Made by a program: the position numbers and the translations under genes. Below, piece by piece: positions 17,387 through 24,553 of a DNA stretch of 32,000 nucleotides (its first letter is position 1; every line of letters begins with the position of its first letter). The notes under the pieces are model-generated. The model saw nothing but the letters and a program-made list of their open reading frames with translations. It did no database searches and was not told where the DNA came from. The DNA is from Phycisphaera mikurensis NBRC 102666 (GTDB lineage Bacteria; Planctomycetota; Phycisphaerae; Phycisphaerales; Phycisphaeraceae), in assembly GCF_000284115.1 (NCBI RefSeq), contig NC_017080.1, positions 1 to 32,000 of the forward strand, given 5' to 3'.

Positions 17387-18328
17387 TCAGCCCGCCGTTG
17401 CACCCACGCCGCGGAGCGCTTCCGCGACGCCGGCGACGCCGAGCAGCAGGCCCAGCACGCCGTTGACGGTGAGGAAGGCGGTGCCCAGGCGCTCGAGCCG
17501 GCCCCCGCGCACGAGCCACTGCTCGCACAGCAGCAGGGCCAGCGCCAGCGTGGTCGCGCCCGCGAAGAGCGGCCCCAGCCGCGGCTCGGCGAGGTTCAGG
17601 CCCGCCAGCGAAAGGAACGCCAGCGCGTGCAGCGCCCGCGACACCGCCACCGCCCCCCCCGCACCGAACCGGGCCGGGACCGAGCGGAGACCCAGCCGCG
17701 CGTCCACCTCCCGGTCGGCCAGGGCGTAGAGCACGTCGAAGCCCGCCACCCACCCCGCGACGAAGCCCGCGAGCAGCCACGGCCCCGGCGTCGCCGCGTA
17801 CGCCGGTTCCACCGCCAGCGCCGCGGCGACCGGCGACACCGCCAGCGCCACGCCGAGCACGACGTGGCACCAGGCCGTGAACCGCTTCGTGAAGCTGTAC
17901 AGCGCGAGCCAGCCGAGCACGGGGAGCGCGAGCGCAACCGGCCAGAGGTTCCCGCGGAGGAACCAGAAGCCCGCGGCCGCCGCGACGAAGAGCACGGCCG
18001 AAACCACGATCGCGCCCCCGGCGAAGGCCGCGGACAGCCGGCCCGCCGGGATCGCGCGGCCCGCGGTCCGCGGGTTCTGGGCGTCGAAGCCGGCGTCGGC
18101 CACCCGGTTGACCGTCATCGCGAAGGTGCGGGCCGTCACCATGCAGGCGAGGACCAGCAGAAGCTCCCCGGGCGTCGGCCACCGCCCCGCCGACGCGGCC
18201 GCGAGGGCCATGCCCAGCAGGCCGAAGGGCAGCGCGAAGACCGAGTGGCTGAGCTTGATGTCGCGGGCGAGCGCGGCGGAAGAGGCAAGAGACGAAGAGA
18301 CGAAGAGACGAAGGGACGGAGTCAGCAC
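17387..18328 (-). CDS. UbiA-family aromatic prenyltransferase (MqnP/UbiA-like; about 313 aa)
   Basis: NRVADAGFDAQNPRTAGRAIPAGRL (NxxxDxxxD...RT..R motif) and YALADREVDARLGLRSVPARFG (second Asp-rich motif). Multiple TM helices. Start is GTG at 18328 (7-nt overlap with the ubiX stop) or GTG at 18373. Confidence 0.85.
   Translation of the reverse strand: MLTPSLRLFVSSSLASSAALARDIKLSHSVFALPFGLLGMALAAASAGRWPTPGELLLVLACMVTARTFAMTVNRVADAGFDAQNPRTAGRAIPAGRLSAAFAGGAIVVSAVLFVAAAAGFWFLRGNLWPVALALPVLGWLALYSFTKRFTAWCHVVLGVALAVSPVAAALAVEPAYAATPGPWLLAGFVAGWVAGFDVLYALADREVDARLGLRSVPARFGAGGAVAVSRALHALAFLSLAGLNLAEPRLGPLFAGATTLALALLLCEQWLVRGGRLERLGTAFLTVNGVLGLLLGVAGVAEALRGVGATAG
18287..18318. repeat. Tandem octamer (aagagacg x3 plus aagggacg) inside the 5' end of the UbiA-family CDS
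   Basis: Read directly: aagagacg aagagacg aagagacg aagggacg, preceded by the related gaagaggc. It encodes SLRLFVSSSL on the minus strand. The unit length is not a multiple of 3. Confidence 0.8.
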
Positions 18329-18957
18329 CGCGGCTGGCCCCCGCGGTCCGCGGTCGGGGCGGCCCCGTCCCACCGCGGGCTCGCGTCGTGCTCGACCCCG
18401 AGGTGGTCCAGCACGCGGGCGACGACGGTGTCGGCCACCTCCTCCACCGTCCGCGGCCGCGTGTAGAAGCTCGGGTTCGCCGGCAGCACCACCGCGCCCG
18501 CCTCGTCGGCGGCGAGCAGATTTTTAAGGTCCACCCGCGACAGCGGCGTCTCGCGGTGCACGAGCACCAGCGGGCGACGCTCCTTCAGGCACACGGCCGC
18601 GGCGCGGTGCAGGAGGTGCTGGGCCTGCCCGGTGGCGATGGCCGACAGCGAGTTGCTCGAGCAGGGCACCACCGCCATGCCGTCGTGGCGGAAGCTGCCC
18701 GACGCCAGCGTCGCGCCGACGTCGCCGGGGCGGTGGTTGACGAGGTTCTCCGGGCAGGGCCCGCCGGCCTCGCCGCCGCAGAGCGCGGCGAGGTCGAGGC
18801 CCTCCATCCCCAGCTCGTCCCGCAGCAGCCGGACGCCCAGCGGCGTGACCACCAGGTGCGTCTCCACGCCGGCGGCGACGAGGTGCGTCACGAGCCGCTG
18901 CGCGTAGATCGCGCCGCTGGCCCCGCTCACCCCCACCACGATGCGTCCGGGCCTCAC
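18322..18957 (-). CDS. ubiX: Flavin prenyltransferase UbiX (211 aa from GTG 18957; track start 19062 is also GTG)
   Basis: RIVVGVSGASGAIYAQRLV, GMAVVPCSSNSLSAIATGQAQHLLHRAAAVCLKERRPLVLVHRETPLS and VVLPANPSFYTRP are all colinear with the UbiX/Pad1 family. Confidence 0.92.
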   Translation of the reverse strand: MRPGRIVVGVSGASGAIYAQRLVTHLVAAGVETHLVVTPLGVRLLRDELGMEGLDLAALCGGEAGGPCPENLVNHRPGDVGATLASGSFRHDGMAVVPCSSNSLSAIATGQAQHLLHRAAAVCLKERRPLVLVHRETPLSRVDLKNLLAADEAGAVVLPANPSFYTRPRTVEEVADTVVARVLDHLGVEHDASPRWDGAAPTADRGGQPRC

Positions 18958-18992
18958 GCGGCGAGCGTAGAAGCCGCGGCCGCGGCGACAAG

Positions 18993-19025
18993 CCCGCCCT
19001 GCGCCGGGGCGCGGCGCAGGGCGGG
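18993..19025 (-). terminator. Perfect 13-bp GC hairpin between the PEP-CTERM gene stop and ubiX
   Basis: cccgccctgcgcc-ggggcgc-ggcgcagggcggg. On the minus strand it is followed by cttgtcgcc. On the plus strand it is followed by ctggtttctcc, so it may act in both directions. Confidence 0.5.
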
Positions 19026-19065
19026 CTGGTTTCTCCCCCGGATCCTCCCCCCGTTCCGGCACGGA

Positions 19066-19671
19066 TCAGGCCGAGCGGCGGCGGCCCAGGAGGGCGGCGC
19101 CACCGAGGGCGACCAGCGCGAAGCTGGCGGGCTCGGGAACGGCGTTGACCTCGAAGCTGTCGAGCTCGAAGCTGTCCCCGGCACCGTTCTGGTCCAGGAC
19201 CAGCGTGAGCGACACGCTGCTGGTGCCGTCGAGCACGGGAACGCTCAGCACGCCGGCGTCGTCGCCGCCGAAGGTGCCGGTGGCGATGCTGGCGCTGTCG
19301 GCGAACACGTCGTAGGTGATGCTGTCGGTGCTGTCGAACCCGTCGAGGTCGTACGCGAAGCCGACGGTGATGTCGGTCAGGCCGCTCACGTCGACCCCGT
19401 CAAAGGTCAGCGTGACGGGGTTGAGCTGCGGCTCGCCGGGCTCGTTGCTGAGGTCCCGGCCGAAGATCACGTTGTCGGGACCGAGGTCGGCCCCGGCCTG
19501 GATGAAGAGGCCCTGGTCGGCCGAGCCGGGGTCGACGAAGAGGCTCGAAGCGACGTTGTTGGACCAGGTGTCGCTGCCGTCGAACTCCGCGGAGGCGATG
19601 ACAGCGGCGGAGGCCGGACCGGCGAAGCCGGCGGCGGCGAGGGCGAGGGCGGTGGTCTTGAAAGCGGTCAT
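19066..19671 (-). CDS. PEP-CTERM sorting-domain secreted protein (201 aa)
   Basis: ATG at 19671. Signal peptide MTAFKTTALALAAAGFAGPASAA. C-terminal VPEPASFALVALGGAALLGRRRSA (PEP motif, TM segment, Arg cluster). The track's 391-aa ORF is an in-frame upstream run-on. Confidence 0.85.
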   Translation of the reverse strand: MTAFKTTALALAAAGFAGPASAAVIASAEFDGSDTWSNNVASSLFVDPGSADQGLFIQAGADLGPDNVIFGRDLSNEPGEPQLNPVTLTFDGVDVSGLTDITVGFAYDLDGFDSTDSITYDVFADSASIATGTFGGDDAGVLSVPVLDGTSSVSLTLVLDQNGAGDSFELDSFEVNAVPEPASFALVALGGAALLGRRRSA

Positions 19672-19718
19672 GGGGGTCGGTCTCTCCAAAGTCGCGCCGA
19701 AAGCGCAGGATCCACGCT

Positions 19719-19745
19719 CACCCGCAGGGAACTCCCCTGCAGGTG
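19719..19745. promoter_or_regulatory. Imperfect inverted repeat (cacccgcaggg-aactc-ccctgcaggtg) upstream of the PEP-CTERM gene
   Basis: 11-bp arms with one mismatch, 48-74 nt upstream of the ATG at 19671, immediately after a cTTGACC hexamer on the minus strand. The operator or leader-hairpin role is inferred. Confidence 0.3.
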
Positions 19746-19963
19746 GGTCAAGAGGCCGGGCCCGGGGATTCCGGGGCCGCCGCGCCGCAGGAATGGGCAC
19801 GGGATGCGTCTTGACCGGGGTTATGCAAGACCGGTGCCAGGTGGCTCCGCTCCCCCGAGAGCGGCCGATCGCCGCCAAACTAGAAGCATGCCGGCGGGGC
19901 GTCGAGGCCCTCCACCGGCGATTCACGCAAAGCTGACAAAGTTCATGTTTCCCGCACAAGCGG

Positions 19964-20009
19964 CCGCGGACCGCCGCTCTTGGCGAGCGCGACGCGCGAC
20001 GGTCCGCGG
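19964..20009. repeat. REP-like 46-nt palindromic element, copy 2
   Basis: ccgcggaccg-ccgctcttggcgagcgcgacgcgcga-cggtccgcgg. Both arms are exact and the interior is 26 nt. It ends 26 nt before the dgt ATG. Confidence 0.75.
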
Positions 20010-20035
20010 GATGGCGGGCGGTACCGTCGGGCTCC

Positions 20036-21370
20036 ATGAGCGACCCGCCGCCCGTGCTCCGCTGGGACCGCCTGCTCTCGGCGGAGCGGATCCCGCTGCC
20101 CGGTGAGGAGGCAGACGCCGCGTCCGCGCGCAGCGGCGACGCCCACCGCACGCCCTTCGAGGCCGACCACGACCGGGTCGTGTACGCGGCCCCGTTCCGG
20201 CGGCTGGCCCGCAAGACGCAGGTCCACCCGCTGGCCCCCAACGATCAGGTGCACAACCGGCTGACGCACTCCATCGAGGTCGCCAGCGTGGGGAGGTCGC
20301 TGGGGCGGCGGCTGGGCGCCTTCTTGACGGGGCGCGGCGACCTCGCCCGGGAGCACGCCGACGACCTCGTGTGGATCCTGCAGGCCGCCTGCCTCGCCCA
20401 CGACCTGGGGAACCCGCCCTTCGGCCACGCCGGGGAGTACGCGCTGCGGGCCTTCGCCGCGAAGCACCCCGCCGACGTGCCGGGTGCGGGCACGCCCGCC
20501 GCGGCCGATTGGGCGCTCTTCGAGGGCAACGCCCAGGGGTTCCGCCTCGCCGCCCGAGCCGACAACCCAGGGGCCGGCCACCTGCGGCTGACGTGCTCGA
20601 CGCTGGGCGCGATCGTCAAGTACCCGTGGGCGGTGGACGACCCGCGGGCCGCCGCCCGGGGCAAGTTCAACGCCTTCCACTCGGAGAAGGACGTCTTCGC
20701 ACGGGTGGTCGACGCGTGCGGTCTCGCGCTGCCGGGCGGCCGCGTCGCCCGGCACCCGCTGTCGTTCCTCGCCGAAGCCGCCGACGACATCTGCTACCGG
20801 ATCCTCGACCTCGAGGACGCCGTGGAGATGCGGATCGTCCCGGAGGAGCGGGTGCGGCGGATCTTCGCCGGCTTCACCGAGGCCGACCCCGCCGCCCCGC
20901 TGTCGAAGCTCCGCGGCGGCGTCATCCGCGCGCTGGAGCGGGCCTGCTGGAACGCCTTCGTCGACGGCTTCCCGGCGGTCATGGCGGGCGAGCGGGAGGA
21001 CGACCTGAAGTCGAGCCTCGCCGGCCGGCTGCCCGACGCGCTCGCCGAGGTGAAGGCGCTGTACGGCGAGATCTTCGCCCACCGCGACAAGGTGGCCGCC
21101 GAGCTGGGCGCGTACAAGGCGCTCGGCCGGATCGTCACCGCGCTCGCCCGCTCGGTCGACGACCTCACCGCCTCCCCGGGCCGCCGCTTCGCCGAGACGG
21201 ACTTCCTCACGCAGCGCACCCTCGAGCTCGCCTTCGGCCGGTCCCACGTGGAAGAGCACCCCGGCCGCGGGGCGTTCTGGTGGAGTCACCGGGTGATGGA
21301 CTTCGTCAGCGGCCTCACCGACAACGGCGCCCGCGACCTCTCCGCCGCGATCGACGGCCACGCGGCGTGA
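20036..21370 (+). CDS. dgt: dGTPase-family deoxynucleoside triphosphate triphosphohydrolase (HD domain, 444 aa)
   Basis: ATG at 20036. RTPFEADHDRVVYAAPFRRLARKTQV, NRLTHSIEVASVGRSLG and CLAHDLGNPPFGHAGE (HD motif). Confidence 0.93.
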   Translation: MSDPPPVLRWDRLLSAERIPLPGEEADAASARSGDAHRTPFEADHDRVVYAAPFRRLARKTQVHPLAPNDQVHNRLTHSIEVASVGRSLGRRLGAFLTGRGDLAREHADDLVWILQAACLAHDLGNPPFGHAGEYALRAFAAKHPADVPGAGTPAAADWALFEGNAQGFRLAARADNPGAGHLRLTCSTLGAIVKYPWAVDDPRAAARGKFNAFHSEKDVFARVVDACGLALPGGRVARHPLSFLAEAADDICYRILDLEDAVEMRIVPEERVRRIFAGFTEADPAAPLSKLRGGVIRALERACWNAFVDGFPAVMAGEREDDLKSSLAGRLPDALAEVKALYGEIFAHRDKVAAELGAYKALGRIVTALARSVDDLTASPGRRFAETDFLTQRTLELAFGRSHVEEHPGRGAFWWSHRVMDFVSGLTDNGARDLSAAIDGHAA

Positions 21371-21380
21371 GGGCCTCCGC

Positions 21381-21417
21381 CGGCTGCGCAACGCCCGCGC
21401 AGCCGTGTTTTGTTTCT
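21381..21417 (+). terminator. Rho-independent terminator of dgt
   Basis: cggctgcgc-aacgccc-gcgcagccg (9-bp perfect stem) followed by tgttttgtttct, starting 11 nt after the TGA. Confidence 0.75.
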
Positions 21418-21421
21418 GGAA

Positions 21422-21467
21422 CCGCGGACCGTCGGCGTTCCGGGCGTCGACGGCCGGCGATCCGCGG
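21422..21467. repeat. REP-like 46-nt palindromic element, copy 3 (one arm mismatch)
   Basis: ccgcggaccg-tcggcgttccgggcgtcgacggccgg-cgatccgcgg. The interior is 26 nt. It starts 5 nt after the dgt terminator T-tract. Confidence 0.7.
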
Positions 21468-21585
21468 GGAGGCCCGGCTGCAGCCTGGCGGCGAGGGCGC
21501 TGGGGACCTCGATCTTCACGAACGCCGAGCAACCGGTCGCGGGCGCGGAGCCGCCCACCGGCTCCGGATGTCTGCGACATTTTGC

Positions 21586-21613
21586 TTGACTACAGGTACA
21601 ACTCTGATACATT
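21586..21613 (+). promoter_or_regulatory. Sigma70-like promoter candidate (TTGACT-16 nt-TACATT) for the regulator/DUF1559 locus
   Basis: It sits in the most AT-rich patch I noticed among the window's intergenic spacers (gacattttgcttgactacaggtacaactctgatacattttcgg), 62 nt upstream of the regulator ATG. TACA occurs three times (21591, 21597, 21608). Confidence 0.4.
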
Positions 21614-21616
21614 TTC

Positions 21617-21652
21617 GGAGCGGGCCGGTCTTTCCCGGCCGGTTCCCGCTCC
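21617..21652 (+). promoter_or_regulatory. Leader hairpin or palindromic operator candidate directly after the -10 element
   Basis: ggagcggg...cccgctcc is an 8-bp outer stem enclosing ccgg/ccgg or ggccgg/ccggcc pairings around tctttc. It ends 22 nt before the ATG at 21675. Confidence 0.35.
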
Positions 21653-21674
21653 CGTCGCCTCCGAGGCTCCTCCG

Positions 21675-22853
21675 ATGCCGCCGCCCGATCCCCTCCACGA
21701 GGCCCTCGCCGCGACATACCCGCCGCGTGGGTCGGCCGACCAGCTGCGGGAGCGCCTGCTCACGGTGCTCCGCGACGCCTCCACGGCGGCGGGTTCGAGC
21801 TTCTTCACCGACGCCGACCTCGTGGAGATGACCGGCCTGTCGCGGAGCACGGTCCGGCGGGCGATGGACCGGCTCCAGGCCGAGGGGTGGGTGCAGCGGG
21901 AGATCGGCCGCGGGACCTTCGTCGGGCCGCGGGCCGTTGGAGCGGCCGCCACGCCGGGACCGGAACAACCAGCCGGAGGCGACGCGGGCCGGGCGCTCCG
22001 CCGGGTCGCGGTGGCTTCGTTCCGGCTTGCCGGAACGACCACGCTGGAGACCGACTGGTACACGGCGGCTCTCCTGCAGGGTCTGGACCGGACCTGCCAC
22101 GAGCACCACGTGGCGGTGGAGCTGCTCGGCCTCACCGAGATGCGCAGCGACGTGCTGGTCGAGCGGATCCGCCGCTCGCGGCCCCACGTGCTGGTGTGCC
22201 TCGCCCCGGGCCCGACGTCCGTCGAGCTGCTGCTGGAGGCGCAGCGGTGCGGGATCCGCCGCGTCGTCGTGGCCTCCGCCCGAACCGTGGATGGCGTGCC
22301 GGCGCTCGTGGAGAACAACCACCAGGGCGCCCGCGTCGCGGTGGAGCACCTCGCTTCGCTGGGCCACGAACGGATCGGATTCCTGAACCGCCGGCTCGGC
22401 GCCGTCTGGCTGCACGAGCGGCAGCACGGGCACGTCGAGGCGCAGCGTGCACTGGGCTTGCCCGACGACGAGGGGCTGACCTGCTGGTTCGCGCCGCCGT
22501 CCGGGCCCTGGGAGCCCACCCCCGACGACACCGCGGCCATCGCCCGGTGGCTGGAGCGGTCGGGCGCGACCGCCGTGGTCTGCGGGACCTTCTACGGAGC
22601 GCTGGCGCTGGAGCCGGCGGCGGAGCTCGCCGGCCTCGCGGTGCCCGCCGACCTGTCCGTGCTGGCCTTCGACGACCACCCGCTGCTCCGCAGCGCCTTC
22701 GGTGGGCGGTCGGTTACCCGCCTGGGCGTTCCGCTGGGCGAGATGGGCGGCATGATCGCGCGCGTCGCCGGCAGCGGCCAGGACTTGCCGCCGACCACCT
22801 TCTTCGACTTCGACTTCATCCGCGGCGGGACGACCGCCGCGCCCCTCTCCTGA
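21675..22853 (+). CDS. Hybrid transcriptional regulator: GntR-type winged HTH plus LacI/PBP-type sugar-binding domain (392 aa)
   Basis: ATG at 21675. HTH LVEMTGLSRSTVRRAMDRLQAEGWVQREIGRGTFV. C-terminal periplasmic-binding-fold pattern (PALVENNHQGARVAVEHLASLGHERIGFL...PADLSVLAFDD). Confidence 0.85.
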   Translation: MPPPDPLHEALAATYPPRGSADQLRERLLTVLRDASTAAGSSFFTDADLVEMTGLSRSTVRRAMDRLQAEGWVQREIGRGTFVGPRAVGAAATPGPEQPAGGDAGRALRRVAVASFRLAGTTTLETDWYTAALLQGLDRTCHEHHVAVELLGLTEMRSDVLVERIRRSRPHVLVCLAPGPTSVELLLEAQRCGIRRVVVASARTVDGVPALVENNHQGARVAVEHLASLGHERIGFLNRRLGAVWLHERQHGHVEAQRALGLPDDEGLTCWFAPPSGPWEPTPDDTAAIARWLERSGATAVVCGTFYGALALEPAAELAGLAVPADLSVLAFDDHPLLRSAFGGRSVTRLGVPLGEMGGMIARVAGSGQDLPPTTFFDFDFIRGGTTAAPLS

Positions 22854-22889
22854 TCCCCGGGATCGGGATCTTCCTCTCCGAGTCTCGCC

Positions 22890-23657
22890 ATGGCCCCTCC
22901 CCGCCGCTGCGCTGCCGCCTTCACCCTCATCGAGCTGCTCGTGGTGATCTCGATCATCGCGCTGCTGATCGGGATCCTGCTGCCGGCGCTGGGCGCCGCC
23001 CGCGCCGCGGCCCGCGACGTGGCCTGCCTAAGCAACGTCCGCCAGTTCGGGATCGCCTTCGCCGCCTACGAAGCGGACAGCCGCGTCCTGCCGGCCGGGA
23101 AGACCAGCAGCAGCCCGTACCTGGACTGGTCGATCTCGCTCCGGGAGGACTACCTCTCCGGCGAGCGGGAGCAGACGCTGCGGTGCCCCTCGGCCGCGGA
23201 GGGCGCGGCCACCGCGAACAAGCACTACAACACCCACCCGCGGCTGATCCCGGACCTGGAGATCGACGACTTCGCGGCCCCGGTGCCCCGCCCCAAGCTG
23301 CGCCAGATTCGCACGGATCAGATCCGCGCCGTCACCGACCTGTACCTGATCTCCGACGGCGGCCAGGCGCCCGAGAGCGATCCCTTCGTCCCGCTGGCGT
23401 CGCAGCCGGTGGCCACGCGCGTCGACGGCAACCGAATCTTCTACCAGGGCGTGGTCGCGTACAGCAACCAGGATCCCAACGAGCGGATCGATCCCGGGAA
23501 CCAGACCAGCAACGGAGGCTTGGGCGACCCCTTCAGCCCACGCTTCCGCCACGGCAACGACGCGGTCGGCAGCTTCCTGTTCGCGGACGGCCACGGCGGC
23601 ACCCTCGGCGCCGACACCTTCACCGCGAAGCACGTGCGGGTGCCCAACCCCTACTGA
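22890..23657 (+). CDS. DUF1559-type protein with prepilin-like N-terminal methylation motif and H-X9-DG-like C-terminal motif (255 aa)
   Basis: [35 protein letters not shown]-terminal [19 protein letters not shown]. Position -1 is Ala rather than the usual Gly. Confidence 0.9.
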   Translation: MAPPRRCAAAFTLIELLVVISIIALLIGILLPALGAARAAARDVACLSNVRQFGIAFAAYEADSRVLPAGKTSSSPYLDWSISLREDYLSGEREQTLRCPSAAEGAATANKHYNTHPRLIPDLEIDDFAAPVPRPKLRQIRTDQIRAVTDLYLISDGGQAPESDPFVPLASQPVATRVDGNRIFYQGVVAYSNQDPNERIDPGNQTSNGGLGDPFSPRFRHGNDAVGSFLFADGHGGTLGADTFTAKHVRVPNPY

Positions 23658-23733
23658 CCGCGTCCTGATCGTCTTCCCCTCGCGGCCGCCTGCCGGGCGG
23701 CCCGCACCCGCCCCTTCTCACCCGGAGAATCCC

Positions 23734-24498
23734 ATGGCCCGCTTCCCCTTCCCCGCCCTCCTCGCCGCCGCCGCCCTCGCGGCCGCGGCCCCGTCCGCCC
23801 AAGCGGCGACCTTCTTCGAAGACTTCGACGGCGACACGATCGCCACGACCGACCTCACGATCACCAGCCGCGACGGCGAGGCGGTGAACACGATCGTCAG
23901 CCAGGGGGCGTCCGACGACGCGCTGCAGATCCAAACCCTGGGCAACGACGGCGACCTGGTCCGCGCGACGACCACCGACGCCACCGCGGTGCAGCAGTTC
24001 ACCGTCTCCGCCGACGTTTCGACCGTCGCCCAGAACTTCTCGCGGAGCTTCACCGGCCTCCTCGCCGGCGGAGCGAACACGATCAACAACGACGGCTACC
24101 GCGTCCGCGTCCGGCAACCCGGCTTCAGCGACACCGGCTACGTGCTCGAGCTCCGCTCGGGCGGTGCCGTCATCGACACGACCCCGATCGCGGCGAGCCC
24201 CCAGGGCAACCCCTTCACGCTCACCCTCAGCGGGTTCCTCGACGCGGCCGGCGACCTGCAGCTGACCGGCACCAACGGCACCGAGACCGTCTCGGGCACG
24301 GTCAGCGCCAGCGGCGTCTTCTTCGGGGCCGGGGCGTACGGCATCGAGGGCGGCGGCGACTTCAGCAACAACCGCTACGAGGTTCAATTCGACAACCTCA
24401 GCGTCGACGTCAGCAACGTGCCGGTGCCCGAGCCCGGCTCGCTGCTGCTGGCCTCCGCCGGCGTCGGCTTGCTGGCTCTGCGCCGCCGCCGCGCCTGA
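23734..24498 (+). CDS. PEP-CTERM sorting-domain secreted protein (254 aa)
   Basis: ATG at 23734 with GGAG 6 nt upstream. Signal peptide MARFPFPALLAAAALAAAAPSAQA. C-terminal VPVPEPGSLLLASAGVGLLALRRRRA. Confidence 0.88.
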   Translation: MARFPFPALLAAAALAAAAPSAQAATFFEDFDGDTIATTDLTITSRDGEAVNTIVSQGASDDALQIQTLGNDGDLVRATTTDATAVQQFTVSADVSTVAQNFSRSFTGLLAGGANTINNDGYRVRVRQPGFSDTGYVLELRSGGAVIDTTPIAASPQGNPFTLTLSGFLDAAGDLQLTGTNGTETVSGTVSASGVFFGAGAYGIEGGGDFSNNRYEVQFDNLSVDVSNVPVPEPGSLLLASAGVGLLALRRRRA

Positions 24499-24553
24499 AG
24501 CGCAGCGACCCGGATCCCGCTCGTTGCCCTCCACCCGGGGGCCACGGGCCTTC

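Noticed and set aside
18028-18073. Look-alike of the 46-nt palindromic element inside the UbiA-family CDS (ccgcggacag-N26-cggtccgcgg)
   Set aside because: The 5' arm matches only 9 of 10 positions. The sequence encodes the conserved prenyltransferase motif NPRTAGRAIPAGRLSAA, where CCG-CGG-ACC (Pro-Arg-Thr) and TCC-GCG-GCC (Ser-Ala-Ala) codons generate the arms. I treat it as a codon-usage coincidence. It does show that the pattern's false-positive rate is not zero.
19943-21580. 545-aa minus-strand ORF
   Set aside because: It is antisense to the dGTPase gene, which carries clear HD-domain motifs. Its translation is Arg/Gly/Pro-rich with no recognisable domain.
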